From positions 486,926 through 550,925 of the forward strand of contig DAOSXA010000003.1 of NCBI GenBank assembly GCA_035380245.1: a stretch of DNA of 64,000 bases, read 5' to 3'. Position numbers and translations under genes: made by a program. Under the pieces are notes generated by a model that was not told where the DNA came from, searched no databases, and saw nothing but the letters and a program-made list of their open reading frames with translations. This stretch comes from Candidatus Zixiibacteriota bacterium. Lineage in GTDB: Bacteria > Zixibacteria > MSB-5A5 > GN15 > FEB-12. Below are positions 20,082 to 28,404 of this stretch, in pieces. Position 1 is the first letter of the stretch; each line of letters begins with the position of its first letter.

Positions 20082-21563
20082 ATGGCGGGATATACCGTCA
20101 TGGATGGAACAGATATGATAGACTTTACCTCGGCATCGATTAGCTTTGACATGCTCTACCCGGAAATCAGTCTCCTGGTAGCGGCGTTCGTGATCCTTCT
20201 GATTTCGTTTTCTCGTCAATTGGGTCGCGCTGCCGGAGTCATTGCGATGGTCGGCATTATCGTCTCCATGCTGCTCGCGCTGGGTGAGTGGGGGCATCAA
20301 ACCTCGGGATTCTTCGGCATGGTCACCTGCGATAACTTCGGCGCAGCATTCAAGGTTATCTTTAACGGTATTGCCGCTCTGGCTCTGCTTATTTCGATTC
20401 GCTACTTTCACGAGAAAAAAATCGCTCGCCCCGAGTTTTACGCCCTGTTGCTGATCTCCACGGTCGGAATGATGGTCATGGCCAATACCACGGATCTGAT
20501 CGTCATGTTCGTCGGTCTTGAGATAATGTCCGTTCCGCTTTATGTGATGGCCGGATTTGCGCGACGTTCACTGGAATCGAATGAAGCCGGTATCAAGTAT
20601 TTCTTGATGGGCGCTTTTGCCAGTGGCTTCCTTCTGCTGGGTATCGCCTTCATCTTCGGAGCGTCCGGGACCACCGATCTGAGACGCATCGTAGCCGACT
20701 TCTCGTTTATCGTGTCCAATTATCCACTGTACATGTATTCGGGAGTCGGGTTAGTGTTGATCGGATTCGGCTTCAAGGTCGGCGCCGTGCCGTTCCACAG
20801 TTGGATTCCGGATGTCTATCAGGGGGCTCCTACGCCGGTGACCGCGTTCTTTTCGGTTGGTCCGAAAGCTGCCGGTTTTGCCGTAATGATGAGAATTTTC
20901 CTGTACGGTTTCGACCAGATGCAGGTTCTTTCGATGCTCTTCTGGATTTTATCGGTGCTGACCATGACCGTTGGAAACGTGTTCGCCCTGCGTCAGGAGA
21001 ATGTCAAGCGGATGCTGGCTTATTCCTCGATTTCCCATGCCGGTTACATTATGGTGGCGCTGGCGGTTGGGGGAAAGGCCTCGATCTCGGCGGCCATGTT
21101 CTATTTAATCGGTTATGCGCTGTTCAACACCGGCGCTTTTGCCATTATAACCATGCTTGAGATTCGCCAGGGAAGTAAGGCTATGATTAGCGAAATAGCC
21201 GGTATGGCCAAAGTGCACCCATATCTGAGTGCCGCTCTGGCTTTGTTTATGTTCTCCCTGGCCGGTTTCCCGCCGACCGTAGGATTCTTCGGGAAGTTCT
21301 ATATCTTCTCGGCTGCCGTCAAAGCCGGTTTCATCTGGTTGGCGGTAATCGGTGTGATGAACTCATTCATTTCGGTTTATTACTATCTCAGAGTTATTAA
21401 AGCCGCTTACCTCGATTCACCCGAAGGTAACTTCCTGCCGGTTAAGCTCTCACCGAGCCTGATGCTGGTGGTTGTCATTGCTGCGCTTGGGACACTGGGG
21501 CTCGGTTTCTTCCCCGAGACGGTTATCGAGATTACGCAGCGAGCACTCTTTGCCTTCCTGTAA
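20082..21563 (+). CDS. nuoN: NADH-quinone oxidoreductase subunit N
   Basis: Antiporter-like subunit (FVGLEIMSVPLYVMAGF, HSWIPDVYQGAPTPVTAF). Start uncertain: ATG at 20082, or at 20115 (MIDFTS...). Confidence 0.9.
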   Translation: MAGYTVMDGTDMIDFTSASISFDMLYPEISLLVAAFVILLISFSRQLGRAAGVIAMVGIIVSMLLALGEWGHQTSGFFGMVTCDNFGAAFKVIFNGIAALALLISIRYFHEKKIARPEFYALLLISTVGMMVMANTTDLIVMFVGLEIMSVPLYVMAGFARRSLESNEAGIKYFLMGAFASGFLLLGIAFIFGASGTTDLRRIVADFSFIVSNYPLYMYSGVGLVLIGFGFKVGAVPFHSWIPDVYQGAPTPVTAFFSVGPKAAGFAVMMRIFLYGFDQMQVLSMLFWILSVLTMTVGNVFALRQENVKRMLAYSSISHAGYIMVALAVGGKASISAAMFYLIGYALFNTGAFAIITMLEIRQGSKAMISEIAGMAKVHPYLSAALALFMFSLAGFPPTVGFFGKFYIFSAAVKAGFIWLAVIGVMNSFISVYYYLRVIKAAYLDSPEGNFLPVKLSPSLMLVVVIAALGTLGLGFFPETVIEITQRALFAFL

Positions 21564-21582
21564 TTTTCGAAGGCAGAAAATC

Positions 21583-21620
21583 AAAAAAAACCGGTGGTTG
21601 TCACGATCACCGGTTTTTCT
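21583..21620. terminator. Bidirectional rho-independent terminator between nuoN (+) and the protease gene (-)
   Basis: A8 run, stem ACCGGTG (21590-21596) / CACCGGT (21608-21614), then T5. The A-tract and T-tract flanks allow termination in both directions. Confidence 0.75.
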
Positions 21621-21643
21621 TATTGGTCTCGGATTGAACCGGT

Positions 21644-24379
21644 CTATTGGGACATCCAGAATTTGCAAGGCTCCGGTCCGCTGTTGAACATATAGTTTAC
21701 GAGGTATACCAGGTCGCTGATATCCGGTCCGCCGCCGCTGCAGTTCATGTCGGCGGCTTCCATGGGAATCGGTTCCAGTCCGCCCTGGAACATGTAGGAG
21801 ACCAGGTACACAAGGTCACTGATGTCGATGCTTGCCTCGCCGTTGACGTTGCCGGCCATTACCAGTTCCTGACCGGCCCATTTGAAGCGGATAACCTGTC
21901 CCGTATTGACACCGGTATAACTCTCGCCTACAGCGGTTTTATAATTTAACGCCGCACAGCCCTCAGTGCCGATACCCACCGCCACCGTACTGCTGATGCT
22001 GCTGATTCCGACATCGTTGTATTGGAAGAATATCTCGCCGAATCTGGTTAGGATTATTTCGAAGTTAATGGTCGTATCGCCGGAATCGTAAAAGCTGCCC
22101 GGATGATACCATTCAATTACCATCTTATCGTATCCCGGCGGATTGTAGAGATAGACGCCCGCTTCCGGATTGACCTCATCGTCGATGATCAGGTCACCGT
22201 AGAACGGGGCTACAACCGTAGCGTAAGGGGCTCCGGGAATGTCAATACTCGAGAAGTAACCGCTGACGTTGATGTTGGTGTCGGTAAATGAAATGGCTCC
22301 GTTCACACCGATGAAGAAACGAACGAAACTGGTATCGTAAAACGGGAAAGCGAAACCGATATTACGCGGTCCGGCTGAGCCGTCGTCGAGCGGATCTGCA
22401 AAGCCCGGATTGTAAAATGAGCTGTTATTGATTTTGGCCCCGAGTGTTTTAGCTGATATCCAGTCGAAAACCGGACCGTTGGGATCATCAGAACTAATGA
22501 CATCGTAAGTCAGATCGTTACAAGGCACCGTAAGGTAAACCGGTACATTAGTAATGGAATCTAATGGTAGCCCGGAGGTTCCCCATTGTATCTCAAGTAA
22601 TCCTTTATAGCGCTCCAGCCGGTTTTCTACCTGGGTAGCATCCAACTCAACCAATATCTCAATAGAATCCGCTGCTGCGATTACCCCTGAAGAGGGACTG
22701 GCGCTTAACCATTCCGCCGGATCCTTTACGTCCAGAGTGTCCTGAGTTGTAATCTCAAAGTCCAAGGCATTGGTTATGGACCGGTTATACAACCAAAGTG
22801 ATATATCGGCCACGGTACTGTCGTCGATCAAGGTGTCGATTAAAATCGGGTTGGTATACAGCGAAGGAGGCGGCGACAGGGCTGGGATCGCTGCGGCGAG
22901 ATTGGGACGTGGTCCTATATGGGCCGTAGTATCACCGGCCTGAGTCGTACCGGTTTGGACCAGGATGGAACGGATCATATCCGAGGTCAGATTAACGCCA
23001 TAGTTCGCCTTGTAATAACCCTGAAGACAGACAGAAGCGCCGGTTACTATCGGCGAGGCCGAGGAGGTACCACTGAAGGAAGAAGTGTAATACTGATTTA
23101 TATCATCATTGCCGTCGAATAGAGAACCGTATCCGGTGGAGTAAACACCTGATCCGTAACCCTGCAGGTTAACTCTTTCACCGTAATTCGAAAAAGATTG
23201 TCGGATTCGATCTTGCCCTGAAGCCGGGGGATAACCGGCGCCAACGATGATGGCGTGGGAGTTGCGGTAGGTCGTGTCGAATACCTGTTCGTAGATTACA
23301 TCATCGAAATCCTCCGCCCCGTTACCGGCGGCCTCGACAACCACGATTCCCTTAGCCCAGGCATATTGAATAGCGTCGAAATTAGCTTGCCAGTATTCCA
23401 TGCAGATATAACCAAGTTGATCCAGGCGAGCAGTGAAATCATAGCGCGGCCCGGGGGCATGCAGCTCGATCAGAATATGGTCGCCCGGTTCCAGGTTATC
23501 GATTGCCGTGTACAAGGCCTCGGCCGTTGACTGCACTGTCACTGAAACCATCCCCACATCGGCGCCGGGGCAGATACCGGTCATGCCATAACCGTTGTCT
23601 CCCGCGACCATCTCACCAAGCACGGCCGTTCCGTGGTGACCGGTTGTTCCACCACCCGGGTACGAGCCGATTACGCCTCCCAGAGCTTTTTCCAGATCTT
23701 CGTGAGTGGTTTGCCAGTTGTTTTCAATGTCGATAATTTTTACGCCGGAGCCGTTCCCGCCCGGTAAAGTATTGGCATAGTCGGCATCGACACCGTCAGG
23801 GGCTGCCTCACGGTAATCCTGGTCGGCATGATAGTCGGGAGTGGGAGGATCAATATCCTCTGCTTCTTCCGGTTGCGGTTGGAAGTAGGCGATCTCAACG
23901 ATATCCAAAGCGTTGAGTCGATTAATAAGCCCTGCCGCCTCGTTCGGATCGGTCACATCTATACGGTAATAGCCGTTAAGATCGGCCAGCTCATACCCGG
24001 TTTTGTACTGAAGGGCATCGCGCTGCCGGTCAAGCCTGGTTTCATCCTGATCGGCAAACAGACGCCGAAGGCGTTTGTCCATGTAGGGAGACAGGATATC
24101 AACTGCGCCGGCAGGGGAGGTGTCTCCCAGTGCTATCATCCGGCTGTTTCTCAGTCTCACTGCGGCGTCGTCCTTGAACTTCACTACCACGTGCGAGATA
24201 TTGACGTTCGGTCCGATGGCGACATTAGTCGGTTTTTGTGCCGGTACTCGTTCGATAAAAGGGTACTGAGCGGCGATTGTATCATTCGTTCGGGTTTGGG
24301 CGGTCATGATCGAGGTCAGGACTAATATGACGGTTATCCCGCCAATGAGCAGGAAGGGGATCGCGGATCTGACTTTCAT
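21644..24379 (-). CDS. Secreted subtilisin-like (S8) serine protease with propeptide, large middle region and C-terminal dockerin-like repeats
   Basis: Asp (VKIIDIENNW), His (GHHGTAVLGE) and Ser (SGTSSASPIVTG) appear in D-H-S order. Signal peptide MKVRSAIPFLLIGGITVILVL. The C-terminus has two EF-hand-like repeats (NGEASIDISDLVYLVSYMF / GGGPDISDLVYLVNYMF). The start at 24379 is preferred (GGAG RBS) over 24394. Confidence 0.8.
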   Translation of the reverse strand: MKVRSAIPFLLIGGITVILVLTSIMTAQTRTNDTIAAQYPFIERVPAQKPTNVAIGPNVNISHVVVKFKDDAAVRLRNSRMIALGDTSPAGAVDILSPYMDKRLRRLFADQDETRLDRQRDALQYKTGYELADLNGYYRIDVTDPNEAAGLINRLNALDIVEIAYFQPQPEEAEDIDPPTPDYHADQDYREAAPDGVDADYANTLPGGNGSGVKIIDIENNWQTTHEDLEKALGGVIGSYPGGGTTGHHGTAVLGEMVAGDNGYGMTGICPGADVGMVSVTVQSTAEALYTAIDNLEPGDHILIELHAPGPRYDFTARLDQLGYICMEYWQANFDAIQYAWAKGIVVVEAAGNGAEDFDDVIYEQVFDTTYRNSHAIIVGAGYPPASGQDRIRQSFSNYGERVNLQGYGSGVYSTGYGSLFDGNDDINQYYTSSFSGTSSASPIVTGASVCLQGYYKANYGVNLTSDMIRSILVQTGTTQAGDTTAHIGPRPNLAAAIPALSPPPSLYTNPILIDTLIDDSTVADISLWLYNRSITNALDFEITTQDTLDVKDPAEWLSASPSSGVIAAADSIEILVELDATQVENRLERYKGLLEIQWGTSGLPLDSITNVPVYLTVPCNDLTYDVISSDDPNGPVFDWISAKTLGAKINNSSFYNPGFADPLDDGSAGPRNIGFAFPFYDTSFVRFFIGVNGAISFTDTNINVSGYFSSIDIPGAPYATVVAPFYGDLIIDDEVNPEAGVYLYNPPGYDKMVIEWYHPGSFYDSGDTTINFEIILTRFGEIFFQYNDVGISSISSTVAVGIGTEGCAALNYKTAVGESYTGVNTGQVIRFKWAGQELVMAGNVNGEASIDISDLVYLVSYMFQGGLEPIPMEAADMNCSGGGPDISDLVYLVNYMFNSGPEPCKFWMSQ

Positions 24380-24559
24380 TTTAGCTCCGAGCATGTTGCA
24401 GTATGGCGATGGTGGGGCGAATCCGAACTGGAATCCGGCTCCATCATAAATATAACCTTAAACGGTTATAAGGCAAAAACTGTTTTACCGAACGCAAAAA
24501 CGCCTGTCTGTCAGGTTATCGGCAGGATAAAGGGCCGGATCAAGCTTGGAGAGGTCGAA

Positions 24560-25963
24560 TTAAACCTTTTGCAACTTATGCTCGTGGCAGTGCTTTCCGT
24601 TTATTTCCGACGGCTTAACCGGATAATCACCGGAGAAGCAACTGGAACAGAAAGTCGTGTCCGGTAACGAAGACATCGACAGCATTCCCTCAAGCGACAG
24701 ATATCGCAACGAGTCCGCTCCGAGGTACTTTTCGATTTCCTCGACCGACTGTCGTGAAGCGATCAGTTCTTCTTTCGTCGGCATATCGATGCCGTAGTAG
24801 CAGGGGGCGATAATCGGCGGTGATGAAACGCGGAAATGAACCTCTTTGGCGCCGGCTTCACGAATCATCTTGACCATTTTCTTGGAGGTTGTTCCGCGCA
24901 CGATCGAGTCATCGACCACCACCACGCGGCGACCGTTAAGGACGCCCTTAACCGGATTGAATTTGACCTTGACGTCCAGGTCTCGAATCGCCTGATGGGG
25001 ATCGATAAAGGAGCGACCGACGTAGTGGTTGCGGATAAGGCCGATCTCGAATTTAATTCCGGATTCCTCGGCGAAACCCAGGGTCGCGGTATTGGCGGAG
25101 TCGGGGATACCGATGACGATATCGGCTTCGACCGGATGCTCCCGCGCCAACTGGCGTCCCAGACGGCGGCGGATCTTATCGACGTTTTCGCCAAAAACCT
25201 TGGAGTCCGGTCGGGAGAAGTAGATATACTCAAAAATGCAAAAAGCGTGTTTGGTGTGATTCCCGTGCGGGTAATACGATTTCAGTCCCTTGTCCGATAT
25301 CTCCAGGATCTCGCCCGGTTCGACATCCCGCACGTATTTGGCGCCGATGATATCGAAAGCACAAGTTTCCGAGGCAACCACCCAGGAGCTACGATACTTG
25401 CCCAGGGCGAGAGGACGGAAGCCGTATGGATCGCGGGCCGCAATGACTGAATTCTCTGTCAGGAAAACCAGCGAATAGGAACCGCGCACCTGTTTGAGGG
25501 CATCGCAAATGCGTTCCACTCTGGTTTTCTTGCGGGAATGAGTGGTGAGATGAAGGATGACCTCGGTGTCGGAGGTGGTTTGGAAAATCGCTCCCTGGGC
25601 GTCCAACTGACTTCTAAGATCGGCCGAGTTGGTGAGATTGCCGTTGTGGGCAATCGCCAGGCAGCGTGACCGGTTGGTTATCAGAAACGGCTGGATGTTT
25701 ATCAGTGACGAGGCCCCGGTCGTGGAGTAGCGGGTGTGTCCGATGGCAACGTTGCCGCTGAGTTTATCGAATGTGGCTTCGCCCGAAAACACTTCCGAGA
25801 CTTCGCCCATACCCTTGTGCAGGTGAATTGTCCCGTTGTCCGAAGTCACGATTCCGGCTGATTCCTGTCCCCGATGTTGAAGGGCGTAGAGTCCGAAATA
25901 TGTCAGCTTGGATGCCCGGGAATGTCCGTATATCCCAAATACCCCGCAGTTGTCATGTATCAT
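24560..25963 (-). CDS. purF: Amidophosphoribosyltransferase (glutamine PRPP amidotransferase), Fe-S type
   Basis: A short propeptide is followed by the Ntn nucleophile CGVFGIYG. PRPP-binding VVVVDDSIVRGTT. C-terminal cysteines (APCYYGID, CSSCFSGDYP). The ATG at 25963 is chosen; a GTG at 25975 with a GGAGG upstream is an alternative. The 58-codon extension to 26137 was rejected. Confidence 0.9.
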   Translation of the reverse strand: MIHDNCGVFGIYGHSRASKLTYFGLYALQHRGQESAGIVTSDNGTIHLHKGMGEVSEVFSGEATFDKLSGNVAIGHTRYSTTGASSLINIQPFLITNRSRCLAIAHNGNLTNSADLRSQLDAQGAIFQTTSDTEVILHLTTHSRKKTRVERICDALKQVRGSYSLVFLTENSVIAARDPYGFRPLALGKYRSSWVVASETCAFDIIGAKYVRDVEPGEILEISDKGLKSYYPHGNHTKHAFCIFEYIYFSRPDSKVFGENVDKIRRRLGRQLAREHPVEADIVIGIPDSANTATLGFAEESGIKFEIGLIRNHYVGRSFIDPHQAIRDLDVKVKFNPVKGVLNGRRVVVVDDSIVRGTTSKKMVKMIREAGAKEVHFRVSSPPIIAPCYYGIDMPTKEELIASRQSVEEIEKYLGADSLRYLSLEGMLSMSSLPDTTFCSSCFSGDYPVKPSEINGKHCHEHKLQKV

Positions 25964-26006
25964 CTCGTCCAGCACGTTGCCGCACCTCCATATGTGAAAA
26001 ACCAAC

Positions 26007-26035
26007 AATCTATGTTTTTCGGTCGAGCTTGTCAA
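26007..26035 (-). promoter_or_regulatory. Candidate sigma70-type promoter of purF
   Basis: On the minus strand: TTGACA (26035-26030), 17-nt spacer, TAGATT (26012-26007). Sequence match only. Confidence 0.4.
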
Positions 26036-26255
26036 ACATTTGTGTAACAAGCTGCATCCAGTTCTCTTGCGTACTGCAAGGACTTGCGTTTTGCAATCAA
26101 ATCTGCTCAGAAATACGCCACAATTATGCTGCCTCAACGGCCGAAAATGCCTATATTACAGGGTCTTTCATGATTTTACTGCACGGTGAAACGAATCCAG
26201 GACCAGGGCACTTGATTTGCTCAGATAAGTTGTAAATACTTTTTTTCAGACAGCT

Positions 26256-27032
26256 ATGGATAAGAACCAGGACCGATTCGAAATACTGCGAGAACTGGCG
26301 CTTGGCGGCGCCCAGGCCGAAGATATGGCCTCAGTGGCCAGAATAGCTCTCGGTCAGGCAGCCCGTCTAGTCGGTCTCAATGCCGCTGCTTTGTTCTTGT
26401 TCGACGACAAGATGGAGCCGGTGATTTCGGTCAACCATGCCGTCAATCAAGCTTCCCGAGAAACTCTGGAAAAGCTCGAATCGGAACTGCTCTCCGATCT
26501 GCGTAAGAAACGACAGTTACTTTCAGCTTACATGTCGTTCGGCGGAGAAACGCCGTATCATTCCTTTACGCTGCCTCTCACGCACGGCGGACGGACTTTC
26601 GGGGCCGTTATCGGACTCCAGGAAGGGAAGCGGACGCTTATTGCCGAGGATGGTTTTCTTGAGGCTCTTGCGGCGTTGTTAGCATTATCGTACGCCGCCG
26701 GTGATGTCCCTGAGCTTAAGAAGGCCTCTGAAGAAAGCTACGAAAAATACAAGCTCGAGGGCATTCGCGAGGTGGCGGTTACGGCCAATCATGAAATCAA
26801 CGGAATCGTGATGGCTATTATGGGGCATGTCCGATTATTGCTCGATCGTCGCAGCGATCTTGACGATGAACTGGTGCAGAAACTCAAGACGATCGAGAAA
26901 TCGGCCGAGAAGATCAGCGATGTAACCTGGGGGTTGTCGCAGATCAAGAAAGTGGATTCGATCAATTACGGGGACGGTATCGTCATGCAACGATTACCGA
27001 AACGCGAACGGCCGTCCGACCAGGATAAATAA
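26256..27032 (+). CDS. GAF-like plus HisKA/DHp-like domain protein lacking an ATPase domain
   Basis: 258 aa. The N-terminal ~140 aa are GAF-like. The C-terminal helical hairpin has an H-box-like TANHEINGIVMAIMGHVRLL. There are no N/G1/G2 boxes, and the ORF ends about 60 aa after the H-box. Confidence 0.5.
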   Translation: MDKNQDRFEILRELALGGAQAEDMASVARIALGQAARLVGLNAAALFLFDDKMEPVISVNHAVNQASRETLEKLESELLSDLRKKRQLLSAYMSFGGETPYHSFTLPLTHGGRTFGAVIGLQEGKRTLIAEDGFLEALAALLALSYAAGDVPELKKASEESYEKYKLEGIREVAVTANHEINGIVMAIMGHVRLLLDRRSDLDDELVQKLKTIEKSAEKISDVTWGLSQIKKVDSINYGDGIVMQRLPKRERPSDQDK

Positions 27033-27062
27033 AGCCGGAACCTTATGGTCCCGGCTTTTTTC
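27031..27062. terminator. Rho-independent terminator between convergent genes
   Basis: AGCCGG (27033-27038) pairs with CCGGCT (27051-27056), followed by T6. It sits between the stop at 27032 (+) and the stop at 27086 (-). Confidence 0.7.
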
Positions 27063-27085
27063 ATACCAAGTTTTATTCGAGCCGA

Positions 27086-28234
27086 TTAAATCACATTAGT
27101 CTCGGTCATTATCTCACCGGTCGTGAACCGTTTGGGGGAGAGGCTTTCAATATCGACCTGGGGCTTCTTCCCGGTTAAAATCTGTGAGGTGACCAAGCCG
27201 GCTGCCGGGGCATGCATGAAACCATGACCGGAAAAGCCGGTCGCGTGGAACATCCCTTCCAGCTCCGTATTGTATCCTATGATACTGCGGTGATCGGGAG
27301 TGACTTCATAGAGCCCGGCCCATTGATTGGCAATCTCAGCCTCTTCGAGTTGTGGAATACGGTCGAGGGCTTTTTCGAGGATGATGTCGGTGTAATCGGG
27401 ATCGACTGAAATATCGGTCGACGGTTGCACGGCCGGATCGGCCCAACCGAGCAGCATGCCCTTCGATTCCTTATGACAATAGAGACCGGATTTTACGTCT
27501 ACGACCATCGGAAAATCGGGACGGATGAACGAGAGCGGACCGGTGGTAACGATCTGACGACGGATCGGTTCGACCCGAACTTCGACACCGGCCAGTTTCC
27601 CCACGTACTTCGATAAAGGACCGGCACAGTCTATGACCAAAGGTGTAGAAATATCACCCTGGTTGGTCTTTACGCCCGTGACTTTACCCGACTCGACCAC
27701 GATTCCGGTCGCCTCGGTCTCGATGGCGATTTCAGCGCCATGCTCGCGGGCCGCTTTTTCGTAACCGGTCAGAAATTCGGCCGGGTCCCCCAGTCCGTCA
27801 TCCGGGCAGAACGTGGCCAGTTGAATCCCCTCGAGTGAAACCTGCGGGGCGATTTGCTTGATATCTTCCGGTTTGAGCAGGGAGACATTCAAGCCCAGCG
27901 ATTTCTGAAGTTCATAATCGGCCGTGAATCGTTTGATAGCGTCCTCTTCTTCGAGGAGGAACATGTACCCGACCTGATCGAATAAAGCATCATGTCCGGT
28001 TTCATCTTTGAAACGAGTGAATATCTCAGCGGAGAGCATCGACATCCGTATATTGGTCTTGTCGGAGAACTGCGCTCTGATTCCTCCGGCAGCCTTACAG
28101 GTGGAGCCGGTACCAAGAAGCGTTTCTTTCTCCAGGAGGACTACATTGCCGTATTTCTCGCGGGCCAGATAGAAGGCCACCGAGACCCCTATTATTCCAC
28201 CGCCGATAATGACGGCATCAGCTTGTTTACGCAT
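27086..28234 (-). CDS. FAD-dependent oxidoreductase (DAO family; sarcosine oxidase beta / glycine oxidase-like)
   Basis: N-terminal Rossmann motif DAVIIGGGIIGVSVAFYLA. C-terminal FHATGFSGHGFMHAPAAG, typical of the DAO family. Substrate not assignable. The start at 28234 (MRKQADAV...) is preferred over 28312. Confidence 0.7.
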   Translation of the reverse strand: MRKQADAVIIGGGIIGVSVAFYLAREKYGNVVLLEKETLLGTGSTCKAAGGIRAQFSDKTNIRMSMLSAEIFTRFKDETGHDALFDQVGYMFLLEEEDAIKRFTADYELQKSLGLNVSLLKPEDIKQIAPQVSLEGIQLATFCPDDGLGDPAEFLTGYEKAAREHGAEIAIETEATGIVVESGKVTGVKTNQGDISTPLVIDCAGPLSKYVGKLAGVEVRVEPIRRQIVTTGPLSFIRPDFPMVVDVKSGLYCHKESKGMLLGWADPAVQPSTDISVDPDYTDIILEKALDRIPQLEEAEIANQWAGLYEVTPDHRSIIGYNTELEGMFHATGFSGHGFMHAPAAGLVTSQILTGKKPQVDIESLSPKRFTTGEIMTETNVI

Positions 28235-28404
28235 TGAACCAACCTCACAGAATCTGTTAGCAACCAAAGCCAACAGTCCGGTAAGTATCTTGAAATTAAG
28301 CTGGAAAGTCAAGCCCGGACGCCCGCTCTCGGATTGATTCCCGGTACGAAACAGCTATTATTTCCTTGTCGAGCGACCATCAAAAAGATAGATTGGCCCC
28401 TGCA

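Noticed and set aside
24500-24530. Possible purF terminator (CCTGCC...GACAGG followed by CGTTTTTG on the minus strand)
   Set aside because: The stem is only 4-5 bp with a mismatch, so the folding is ambiguous. It is left unannotated.
26060-26100. Repeated CGCAAG / CTTGC elements upstream of the purF promoter, considered as a PurR-box-like operator
   Set aside because: They do not align to the 16-bp PUR box palindrome without an indel, and the lineage is probably unrelated to enterobacterial PurR regulation.
25964-26137. 58-codon N-terminal extension of purF in the ORF track
   Set aside because: PurF is an Ntn amidotransferase whose Cys nucleophile follows a short propeptide. The extension overlaps the TTGACA-17-TAGATT promoter candidate (26007-26035) and has no family similarity.
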